NCBI RefSeq assembly: GCF_016432865.1
Contig: NC_067398.1
Location: 312,170,001-312,234,000 of the forward strand
Direction of reading: 5' to 3'
DNA from: Antechinus flavipes
Taxonomy: Eukaryota
DNA length: 64,000 nucleotides
Shown: in pieces, positions 24,031-35,691 of the stretch
How positions within the stretch are numbered: the first letter of the stretch is position 1
How the letters are laid out: the number at the start of each line of letters is the position of its first letter
Program-made: the position numbers and the translations under genes
The notes under the pieces: model-generated
Told to the model about the DNA's origin: nothing
Database searches by the model: none
What the model saw: the letters and a program-made list of their open reading frames with translations, nothing else

Positions 24031-27000
24031 GGGAAGGATGGAGGGTGTTGTGGGATAAGGGGGAGGGAAAGGATGGGGGCAGGCTGGATGGGAAAGGACT
24101 CTGTGAGAAAGCTGGAGGGGGGAGGGGATCCAAGGGGCTTTGAGGAAGGGAAGGGGTGGGGTACTGTGTAAGGAAGGGGAGGGGTCTGTAGGAGATCTGG
24201 GATAGAAAGGGGAGGATCTGGTGGGACTAGAGGGGAGGAAGGGACGGCTATGGAGGTGGGTACTAAAGACGGAGAACGGAGCTGTGAGGGTATTCTAAGG
24301 GAGCATCCCCGGACGGTGGGGAAGACTGTGGAGTGAAATGGGAAGGCTATTTGAAAGAGGCAGATAGGGTGTCTGTATGACAAAAGAAAAGGAATCTGTA
24401 AATAGAACGATAGGAAGAGGGAGAGAGGAGGGGTTTGTGAAAGGTGGGGTCAGCTATGTGAGGGGAGAGGGATCTGGCAGGTCTCAGAGACAGCTCTGTC
24501 TAGCCCAGTCTTAGTGAACTGGAAGGGGCCAGTGAGGTGGTGCTTGGGGTGGATATATGACTCTGTAAGGTAGAAGAAAAATCCTCTGGGACAACTCTGT
24601 GAAGAGAAGGGGTTTCTTTGTGTGAGGAAGAGGGGGAACTAAGTAAGAAGCTCTGACTTGGAAGGCGAAGGATTTATGGCATAAGAGAGGGAGTTGGAGA
24701 AGTTAGGGAATAAATATACCAAAAAGAGCAGAGCAGTAGGGCAGTATTTCGTTATTAGGGATATTCTGGGAGACCTTTTGTGGGAATTTACATTACAAAG
24801 TAATGGGGAGGTGGAATGTGCTTGAGGAAAATGAGGGGGAGTGTAGGAGGAAGAGGGAAGTAGAAGGGAAACAGGGGGAGGAATGAAAAGGTGAGGATTT
24901 GTAGGAATCTGGTAAGGGGAGTGGGGAGGGTAGTAGAAGTTAGCAAGCTTTGTGTCCACAAAGTGCCCCTGCTTTCTCCTCAGCTCCCAGTACCCATGGA
25001 ACCCCCGGCCAGGGAGGGAGAAGATGCTTTCAGCACAAAGCCCCACTCGCCTGGGGGGGTGCTGAGCTCTCACGTGGGTGAGACCTGTTGCCCCTGGGGG
25101 GGACTCTGTCAATTTCCCCTAAATAAGGCATGGGAGATGATCACTTCTGTCAACTGTGAGATTATCCAATAATGACTAAAGTTGCTTTCTGGGTCCATGG
25201 AATCTCTAGGGAGCCCTCTCCCTCTCACCTGCCCAACTTCTGTTCTTCAACCCATCCCATATCACCTTCCATTTTCTACCTAGTCCTAATCTCAATCCCA
25301 CCCAGGTCCTCCTAAGAGGCTCTTAGCCCCCTATGTCTGCTCCTCATTGATGTCTGCCTTGGTCCCTGTCCTCTCTGTCCCCTGTCCCTGGCCTTCCTTT
25401 GCCCTGCCCCTTTGTTCTGGGTGTGTTCATTTGCCACTTCCTTCCTTGCCTAGGACTTGACTGGTTCTTGCCCTCCCTGGGCAAGCTTTGTTTTCAGGTG
25501 TCTGGGTCCCAGAGACCCTGGTAACATCACTGGATCCACAGATGGAAGGAAACCCTTAAAGGTCATCTAGAACCACCTTTCCCCTCATTTTACAGATGGG
25601 GAAACTGAGGCCTAGAGAAGTTATATGACTTGCCAAAAGTCATACAGGTAGTAAATGACAGAGCCAGGATTCACACACAGTATTTGACCCCAAATCTAAT
25701 AGTACTCTTTCCACAATGCCAAGCTGTGAGTCCTCTTCACTGCAGCAGACCTCTCCTGGCCAGGAACTCCCTGCATAGAAATCTGGTCTCTACTACTTGC
25801 TGAATACTCAGCTCCAATGGGTCCTTGTGGAAGACATTGAAGCTTATGTTCTCTAAATGAGAGGTTCTTTTTCCTTAGAACATGAGCCCTAGAAGAGAGG
25901 TGAGCTCTCAACCTCAGCTATAAAAAGAAGTTGCATTCTTTTTTGACAAACTCTTCTCTCCTCCCACCCACCCAGCAAGAATCAAACATTGGTTGTAATG
26001 TTTGGCCCTGTTTGCCCTTAATGTGAACCCTCTTGGATCCCTATGGAGACTTTGGGATGGTATTGAAGGCTCTTAAGGGCATAAAAAGGATTTTCCCTTT
26101 CTAGATTGGGGGGTAAGGCATGAGGAAGGATTCTGGCTGGGAAGAAGAAATGCTTTTGAGGAGATGAATGATGTATGTTTAAGGCAGCCTATGGTGTCAG
26201 TGACATGACAAGACTGCCCTAGACCCAGACAAAAGGGGGGCAGGTTGGTGGGGCGGGGGGGGGGGGGGGAGGAAAGGGGGGAGGAATAGGCTGAGGCCTG
26301 ATGAGGACGAACAGATTGCTATGGCAACACTGCTTCCCTGACTGTCTCTTTGAGAGGGTGGGCCCAGGGCAGACAGATTTTTCTGGCTTTCTTATTGGGG
26401 GAAGGGGGGCTGCTGGAAGAGAATAGTGACAGCCTGACTCTACCAGGCTCATAAGCTTCTGGGGAATGCACAGATTGCCCAAATAAAAGAGAGCATCAGA
26501 GACCCTCTTAGACAATGTTAGCAGCATTGGTCTCTTGCTAGAGAATGGGGTAGACAGGATTAAGCAGTTTACCTAAATGTTTTACCTAATTTTTTTTTGC
26601 ATGTGGGAAAGACAGACAAAACTGAATATCTTATTAGGCAATGGGTAGCTTAAAGTATGATAGAATTTAGAGCTTGAAGGGACCTTTAGGGATCATGTAT
26701 AAAATGAAAATAATTAATGTTTTGGCCAGCTTATCTTTTAGGATTGTGCGGTTTCAAATGAGATAATGGTTAGTGAAGCGCTTTTCAAAGTATATTATAC
26801 ACATGTAAGTTGTGATTATCTAGTCTAACATTCTATTTTAAAGATGAGGAAACAAGTCCAAAGAGAAGAAATAATTTGTTCAAAGTCAAGATAATAACAA
26901 AGCAGGGACTGATACTCAGGTAGCAGCTCTATCTTCTTCCCTAAATAGGTTGTTATTCTACTTTTAAATGACCATAGAAAGAGGAGAACTAGATTGGAAC

Positions 27001-29249
27001 AAGCAGAGTTGAATGAGTACTAGTGAAACTGGCTTGAGGACAACATAGGCATAGCCTTGAGGGAGAGAGCAGTACCTTTTCAATGAGATTTACTTCAGTC
27101 ATACCAGATTTGAGAATGGTGTGTGTGGAGGGGGGCAGGGGGAGAGGAGAGGAGGAGAGGAGATAGTCCTAGATTATTTATCTTGGGAGCAGGCTCTCCT
27201 ACTGAGGATCCATCCTACTAAGGAAAACTGAATTTCTGAATTGGGGTAAGCTGCTAAGGGGAAGTGAGTTTCTCTGGCTCTCTTCTTTGCTGTTGTAGGA
27301 TGGGTTAAGCAAGACCAAGATGGCTGAGAGTCAGCTTTTGTTCTTCTGCCTTCTCCCAGACCAGGGTGAAAGGAAGCCTGGATACACGGAGGATTGCTTA
27401 CTTTTCTTCTTTCTGCATAGACAGTAGAAAGTAAAATATTCCCCTCTCCTGGGATCCTTGGGTGGGTGGGTGGGTGGGTGGAGGGGAGGGGAGGATCTGA
27501 CTGGGCAGAAACTAAGACTTTATCAGAAATAGGTTTCTCTAACCCTAATGCAAAAGTTCTTTTTCTTTCAGATTGCCTCCTTACTTATTAGGGAGCCTAC
27601 CCTGACTTCTCTGTCTTCCCCTCAGGCTTCCTATTCAGCATCTTACTTTTTCTGGGCCTCTCTTGCATCAGCATTACTGATACTACTTGAGGTCAGACTC
27701 TGGTGCCTGTGGAAGTGGAGTCATTATCAGGGCAAGGAGGAAGGATGAACTTTTTTCTGTTCTCTGTTATCCCACTGGATATCCTAAAGCTTTCTCTGAG
27801 TACTCCACCAGGAAGGGAGAAAGCTGATGAGTTCAGTAAAAGTGTGTGTGAAAAATAATGTCAAGACTAGGTACTAGACTGTATTTGAAGGATAATGTCA
27901 AGGGGTGCTAGGAAAAAATAGGTTCTCGAGGTCTCCTTACTTGCCCCTGAAATGACCTTTGTTTACCTAAATAAAGCCAGGCCACTGATCTCTCAATGCT
28001 GTTGAGTCACAGCTGGTTGAGGGCACTTTAGCATCCCTAGATTGCTCGAGAAGAGTTTTGGTTTTTGAAGGGGATAATTACTTTTCTCTTTATTCTTCCT
28101 CTGCTCTAAACTTTCTCTCCCTTGAATTTTCTGCAGATTCATATTTAAGCTTTGCCAGAAGGCTTCCTCTACCTCACAAACCAGAACCAAGTGGGGGCTT
28201 TTATGTAGAACTGCCTTTGGAAAAAAGGGGACACATGGTAAGGGGAGGAGAGGACACTTGGTTGAGATTGAGGGCTGCCCTGTCATTTAATCTATCAGGG
28301 CTTGGGCTAAGCCTGGGGCCTTGGTGTGACTCAGGTAGATAAAGGGTGGAGAGTTTCGAGGGAGCTGTGAGTCATGGGGGTGAGCTCCACCACTGAGAGC
28401 TGGGCAGCTTCTCCAGTTTCCTCCTGCTTTGATGATGCTGTGAGTCCTCTTCCTCCCTTCCCCAACTGCTCTATACTATCTAGGTATATTCCTCAGGGCC
28501 TATGACCAAAATTTCTAGTGCAAGTTAGGAAATTACTGTTGGGTCTGGAGCATTTTAATCTTGGAATTCGGGTCCTTTTATTCTTTCCCCTTCCCCCCTC
28601 CTCTTCCTCCTTCCCATCCTTCTCTTCCAATTCTGGACTGTATTGGACCCAAATACAAAGATGTTTTTTACAATAATTGTTGAAGGTGTGGTGGAGATAG
28701 AAGTGGGGTCCACTCTGAGTGACTCCTTTTCTTATTTGGGGGTTCAAAACTCACCTCCAGCTTGGTCAATGTGGTCTAGAGGAGCTCGGTGAGGTCAGTC
28801 ACCCAGAGGCTCCAGAGTTTTTTGCTGAGAGGGGCAGATCAGAAGACTAAGGGGTTGGAGTAGGCTCTGCCTATGCAAAGAATCAGCCTTCCATTTAATC
28901 CAGACTTATGATTTCTTAAGTATAAGGCTACTCAGGTGAGGGAACTCCCTCTATCAATGCAAATTAACAAGTGTTTTGCAATTTAGTTGTAGAGAATTTC
29001 CGGAGGCACTGAGAGTTTAAATAACTTTCTTAGTAGGGCTAGTAGAGACAGATGTCAGACTTAAACTCAAGATTCCCCTCCCTAGGAACTGTAATTTTCT
29101 CTCAAAAAATTCAGGGACCTCCCATTCTCTTCTGGGTGGCCATGAAGTGGAGTTGAGGTCTCCAAGTTCCAGGGGACCTAGGACTTCTATGTCCTCAATG
29201 CTGTCTTATCCTAAAAGGGTAAAAGAGTGGGTGGGAGAGAAGCACTCAA

Positions 29250-29800
29250 CTGGGAACCCATGGCGAGTGAGGGGTTAATATAGGAGGCGGGGTTGGTCCG
29301 AGTAGGCTGGCCGCTACTGACCAATGGACGTGTGACTGGAGGAGAGGGTGTGCCTGACGAAGTGGTTGCAACGGAGGTCGGGGGGAGGCTGGCCCCCCAC
29401 GGACCAATGAACGTGGACGTGGCCTGGTGAAGGGGTGTGGTCGGGAGGAGGGGGCGTGTCCGATGCAGTGGACGGGCCCTGAGCCTGGGGGGGTGCTGGG
29501 CGGGGCGGTCCCATCAGCTGGTAGGAAATGGCCTGTGAGTCAGAGGGGCCGCGGAGCCGGCGGCACGGAGCCGGGGCGGCCCCGGGGTGGGACTGGGGCT
29601 GGGAGGGGCACGACAGCAGCTGGGGGGCCGCGAGAGCTGGGGCCAGTACCGGGGACCGAGCCCGCTAGCGCCGTACCTCTTCACAGACTGAGCCCGATCC
29701 ACCCTTTGTCTGGGTTGGGGGCCAGCAGAGGGGAGGGGTACCCAGGAGGAGCAGCAACAACAGCAGCCGCGATTCATACAGTTTGGGAACAGGGTGAGTT
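29250..29800 (+). promoter_or_regulatory. Second CpG island, alternative ATOSB promoter with first-exon donor CAGG|GTGAGT at 29793/4
   Basis: CpG-rich; two CCAAT boxes (29321, 29404); GC boxes; strong donor. Confidence 0.65.
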
Positions 29801-32800
29801 GCAAGATGCGTTTCAGGGGTCCATCTGGGAGAACTACTCAGAAATGGGATAACGGGGTGGGGGGAGGGTGTCTGAGACCAGTGGTGGGTAGGACCTGCCG
29901 AGATCAATTCTAAGGAGCCCGAAGAATCAGAAGGCCTAATGGAAGGTTGGAAGATCTATCCTGAAGAGGCTGAAGAATGACCAGAGAGGTTGGAATGAGA
30001 GGGAAGTTAGGATTGTAAATCAACTCTGGGGGCTTAGGTTGGGAACTTGAATGGACTGAGATGAGAAAAGTAGCATGGTGGTCTGATCTGGGGGAAAAGA
30101 CTGGGGTGTAGAGATAATAGCAGAAAATGGGGTCCTAGGAAACTTGGGGTGTGGGTCGGGGAATGAGAAGTTCAGACTGGGGACCCTGGAATGTTGGTGG
30201 AAGGTTGTATTCTAGATGGATAAAGGAGAATGAAATTCAAGAGTAAGGAGGAAGGTGTACAGTGGGACCAGCCCCTCCAGCTAGAAAAGAGGAGTAATCC
30301 TGGGGAAAGACTAGTAGCTTATGTGCTTCCCCTGACCTGGTAGCAGAGCCATTCTCCATATTCTCTCCTCTCCTCTCCCCTCCCCCACCCCCTTCTTTGC
30401 TGACTTGGTCAAGAGCAGAAGTGGGCCGGTTCAATGTTTATGGGGAGGGGAAGAGAGGGAAGGAAGGAAGAGGCTGGGACTAGGCTTCTGCTCTGCCCTC
30501 CCCCAATACTTCTCACTTTGGCCCCAGCAGGTGTCTGAAAGTGCTGTTACCATGGTGTTCTGGGACTTGTAGTCCTCTTTGGTGATATGCTCACGGCATG
30601 CTGGGAGCTGCAGTCCTTGCAGTCCACAGACTGGCACAGCTGTTAGACACCAGCTGGTGTTTCTGGGCTCCCACCTCCTGCAAAGAGGGTGAGGTCCATG
30701 CCTCTCCACTGAATCCCATCCTCCCTCCCCCACACACAGAGGAACCCCTCCCAAGCATTCTTATGAGTCAGCTTAGAGTCCTGGTCTACATCCAGACTGG
30801 CTTCGTGCTTAGAGAAGCAAGAACCTCTTGTTAAAGGGTCTGGTGCTCCAAAGGGCATTGAGGTAATGATCAGATGCCAAGGGTCACCTGGGGTACCATT
30901 TCATCACCTGGCTTCCCCAGGAGGAGTATCCCCAGAAGGTCAGAAGCTGCCGGTGGGGGGGTGTGACCTGAAATAATTACTGTTGGGGAGAAAACTGAGG
31001 ACATTCTCCTCAGGGCATATGTTAGCTGGGTGGAGAAGAATTCAATGCAACAAACTCTTAGCATCTTCTTTGTGAAAAGATGTGTTGAGGCTGGAAAGGG
31101 GAAAGCAGAGTAGAGGGAAAACAAAGTTTATTCTGGAGACTCCCCCCCACCCAAAAAGGTAAAATCCTGAATTTTACTAAATAGAGAACCATCAGATTCT
31201 AATAGAGAAGGAATTCTTATTGAAACTACCCATAATTCAAAGTCCAGCTCATTTTCCAACTACTTCATGAACACTGACCTCAGTCCATGTTGATTTGTCC
31301 TACACTTCCTTTCACCAGTGCCTTCTTAGTGGGTCTTCTCATTGGTCCAAATGGGATCCTTGTTTCAAGGGTTAAGATTTGGAAAGGTAGAGGAGGTAGG
31401 GCAAATACACTTATAGAAGAAAATAAAAGGTTATTTTTGGTAGATATACTAAATTCCAGCAGAAAGCCATATCCTGTATTAGGAACAAAATGGAGTTGGT
31501 AGGCAGTTTTGCCTGACCTGAAGGGAAATAGTCCCTAATCTTGATACCTATTCCCAGAGATTCCTTAAACAACTCCCTCCAAATGAGTTCTTGAGTGAAC
31601 AGTTATTAGGGGGTGGGAGTTGGGGGAGAAGGGGGCTGAGATTGGGTGCGGGTCTAGTACATGTGGGACAAATTAGTGAGTGTGAAATTGCGTTTAATAT
31701 GCAGGCTGTTTCCTAGAGAATAAACCCAGTTGTCCTGGGGCATAAAGAAACCACCTTCCGAGTAGAAGTTGTTTATGTGTAAGGAGTGTTTTGGGGTGGG
31801 GTGGAGGCCTTCCCCTTAGAAGTGAGGGGGGTGGGGTTTAGGTGTCTACGGCTGCGGTCCAGCACCGCTGCCCTCTCCTGGGTCTGCCTTATCTTTGGTT
31901 TACAGTGCCCTGGGGGGAGGGGCAGGCCTTGGGAAGAACTCCTTCCTAGCTCCCTCACCCCCACCCCCCCCAAACTTCTTGGGAACTGAGCCTCCTGTTA
32001 AAGAGCCAGACTGCCTGGGAGCCTATTGCCAGAGCAGAGCGCAGGCCTAGAGAACCAGGGAACCCAGTGAAGCCTGTGGGGGAAGTGTAGGGTAGGGTCT
32101 AACTGGGAGGAGCCCCGGGCCCCGGCTGGGAGGAGGGGGGAGGGGTGGGGGTGGGGCTAGGAATGGAAGAAAACTGGCTGGAGATTTGCAACTTGGGAAG
32201 TAGGGGGCGGAGGTGGTGGAGACAATCGACCTCTCCATGGCCTTGGGGCTCTAGGTATGGAGTTTCCTTCTGGAGGCTGACGGAAGAACTAGACTGGGGA
32301 TAGTGTTGTTTTTGTTTGTCTAGTATATATCTGTGTGGTGGGGACTTTGGCAGGGGTGTAGGGAAACTGAGGCGCAGTCTTGGCTATTATACCAGTCTCC
32401 ACTGGAACTGGGCATAGAATCTTGGAGCTGGAACGGATCTTAAAAGGTCACCTAGGCTGGTTCTACTTGTTAGAATCTCTTTACCTGTTCATATTCAATT
32501 TCTGTTTTAAATGAAATCACTGTCCCAGTTAGAGAGGCTGTTTCAGTGGTTGGCCAGCCCTAGTTAGGAAGTTATTTCTACTGAACCAAAATCAGCCTCC
32601 TTGAAACTTCCACCTAGTGATAACAGTTTGGCCTTTGGAATTATGACCAAATAAATCTCTTTCACATGACAGCCCCTTATCTATTTAAAGGCAGTTATCA
32701 TATCCTCCTCAATGCTGTCTTCAATAACTTAAAAGAAATCCTGTTTAGGGACAGTCACTGGGGAGTTCCTTCTCTCAGGGAGGGGAGGTTGGGTTACAGA

Positions 32801-32859
32801 GAGCCTGGCCTTGTGGCCCTGACTTGAATCCTGACTGATCTCTTTGCTTTTCTCTTTAG

Positions 32860-32999
32860 AGTGCCATTTGAGCCAAGGAGCTGCCCGGGATGGTGGCAGT
32901 GACCGTGCCAGTGGAGTGGGCATGGGCCAGACTACCAGCTAGTGAAGAGCAGTTGGAAAGGGGGATTAGAAAGCCAGGGAAGGGCCCCCCTGCAGCGTG
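32860..32999 (+). other. ATOSB: Probable ATOSB 5'UTR exon (140 nt)
   Basis: Acceptor tctttgcttttctctttag| and donor gcgtg|GTGAGT, located between the promoters and the first coding exon (acceptor at 35616/7). Confidence 0.6.
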
Positions 33000-33290
33000 G
33001 TGAGTGCTGGGTCTCAGAAAGATGGATAGACGCTCAAATTAAGCTATTTTTCTCCTCCAGGAGAGGGAGTGGATTTCCTCCTTACTCTGAAAATCCTCCA
33101 GGGTCGAGGCCAATTCCCTGTTTACTGATAATCCACCATGTATGAAGAGGAGCCACAGAGCCTTTTGCTAAGTGTGGAGTTGACTATGTACAGAAAAGGC
33201 ATAGTGATTACCCTCAAGGAATTTCCAGTCTAGGTGGAAAGACAGGACTTAGGAAAGAAACCAGCAAACTGTACAAAACCATCTGCATCC

Positions 33291-33423
33291 GGGACAGCTA
33301 GATGGCACAGTGGATAGAGCACCAGCCCTGAAGTCAGGTCCTCAGACACTTAACACTTCCTAGCTATGTGACCCTGGGGTCACTTTACCCCAACTGCCTC
33401 AGCAAAAAAAACAAAAACAAAAC
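33291..33423 (+). mobile_element. WSINE1-like SINE with B-box deletion
   Basis: Head and tail match the other copies; ~20 bp containing GAGTTCAA are missing at ~33338. Confidence 0.8.
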
Positions 33424-35691
33424 TAAGTCCTTATTAGTACAAATGATGATTCTTCCTTTTTCTCCTCCCCTCCTCCAAGTAGTTGCATTATTTAAATTCA
33501 CACTGTATATTTCCACCAAACTAGAAAGAGTTACATATTATAACTTCCAATAAGTTTGGATTCAACTACATGGAATCATTCTAGGGAGGGAATTCATTAT
33601 TCAAATTAACTGGGACCTGGCTGTGTTATGGATCTTAGTTCTCAATGACTGAAACAGATAGAGTAATGGCAATAATGGGAAAGTGGGATTAATAAAGCTT
33701 CCTGGAGGTAGTGAATTTGAAATTAAACTTGAAGACATATATTGCACTTAGATTAGTAGAAAAGACATTTTAAGTTAGGAGACTACCATATGAAAAGGCA
33801 AACATTGGAATAAAAAGATTGTAGTTAAATTGAATGGCTCAAAGAGTGTTGTGAGGGATTTCTACATACTCTGCATTTCTTATTCTATGCTAGTTATTAG
33901 GGAAATGCAAGAGGAATGAAATAATGTAGTTTCTGAAACACTTTTAAGGTTCATTGCTTTCTAACAGTCAAAAATCTTTTTATTGGTGTTCTAGGCACTC
34001 AGAAATTGAATCCCAGGCTTCTTTTATGGGTCATGTTTTCCCTTATTTCTTTGTATATGCTAACCCTCCATCAAAACTCTAATTCTTCTTGTTCTCATTG
34101 CCTTTGGTTACACTGTCTTCTCTGACTATAATGCATTATATGGCCCTCCTCCCCATTCTCACCTCCCCCCAGTGACTGTTCAAATCCCTTTCCTCTGTTA
34201 AAGCCCAGTTTAGGTTATCAGTGCCTCCAGGATGATTTTCCTTGATTTTCCCATTCTCTCCACCACCCTTCCTACCAAAAAAAAAAAAAAAAAAAAAAAA
34301 ATCCTACCCTTGGAAATAACTTCTTTTTCTGCTTTCTCATAGCAGTTATTCTAATCTTATGTTTATTTGTATAACTATCATTTCCTTCCCCTTCCAACTA
34401 GATTGGAAGCTTATTGACAGTAGGCAGGAGCAATGTCTCTTTAATATTTATATTCACCAGAGTGCCTAACAGAGTGCCCTGCACAAATTAGGAACTTAAT
34501 ATTGAACTGATTTAGCAGGGGGATAAAAAAAAAAAAACCTATAACTGGATGAAATAACTGAGACCAAGTGTAAGACAATCTATGGGCAAAGATTCAAAGG
34601 AAAATGTGGCACAAGCTGTATGCTGAATGGCTAAGGGAGGGTGCATTATAGGATACAGTGAATTTGGGAAGGTTTTATAGACATTATGAATATTGTTCTG
34701 ATCTTGAAGAAGTCTTAAGAATTGAAGAAGGTAGAGAAGAGGATGAGTTTTCTGCTTAGGTGGAACAGCAGTTGGGTGGAGTAATGGAAAATAGAGCAAA
34801 TGAGTTTAGGGTCAGGAAGACTTGAATTTGTCTTGCTTTAAACACCAGCTTTTGTGGTCTTAGAGGAATCAACTTCTTTGTGCTTCTGTAAAACAAAGGA
34901 CTTAGAACTCCATGTCCCTTCCAGCTCTAAATCTCTGGTCTTATGATGCTGTAAAATGAAAATGGGTATTGAGGGCAAGGGAACAGAAAAGAAAGCTGTA
35001 AATAGATTGTTTCTGCTTGATTGGAATCTATGTGCTGGGGAGAGATGAAGAAGAAAGCCAGTCAGTGGAAATCTATGTGGATTTGATATTGGAAGTTTTA
35101 GGGAACCATCATAGGTTCTTGAACTTGGGATGACATGAGAGAGTTTTGAGAAGGGTTGTCAGCAGCGTGGAGTGAGGGGGAGACTACAGGCAGGGAAACT
35201 TGGTAAGGGGAGATTGCATCAATAAATTATAAGCTAGATTGTGAGGTTGGAAGCCCTGGGAATATTGAGGAAAGGTCAATTTGAAGAAGGAAAGATGAAT
35301 ATCAAAATAGATTTCTTGCCTTGATTTAGGAAGAGAATGTTGCCATGGAAAGAAATGGAGAAGATGATTAAGGATGAGAAATTCAGGCTAAAGGTTAGTT
35401 TTATTTGAGGCCTGTTCAGTATGGAGAGGTCTTTTGGGCAGCTGGGTATGTAGGCCTAAAGTACAAGTGAAAGACCAAACGGGTAGATGTGAATTTGAAA
35501 ATCACAGGTGTGACCTTACTCACCTTCTGTTTCCAGTGATCGGGGGCAATTCAAGGAGCAAGTCTGAGACATTCAATGGGAAACTAACTTCTCTTCCTTT
35601 TCTTCTTACTTTCCAGATGTGCCCAGGCCCCCCAGCCCAGGCCCAAAGCAAAGGCCTCCTGGGGGAACTGCTCTGACTTGAGGGGAACTCC

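Noticed and set aside
23240-24383. Long ORFs up to 218 aa
   Set aside because: CpG island and purine-rich tract artefacts; no recognisable domain.
29722-29735. CTCF-like CCAGCAGAGGGGAG (weaker match at ~3889)
   Set aside because: Single mismatched motif in GC-rich DNA; cannot be supported without ChIP or conservation data.
34263-34308. Poly(A) run flanked by TCCTACC on both sides, possibly a solo poly(A) insertion
   Set aside because: The repeat is only 7 bp and lacks the A-rich 5' end expected of an L1-endonuclease TSD; slippage is as likely.
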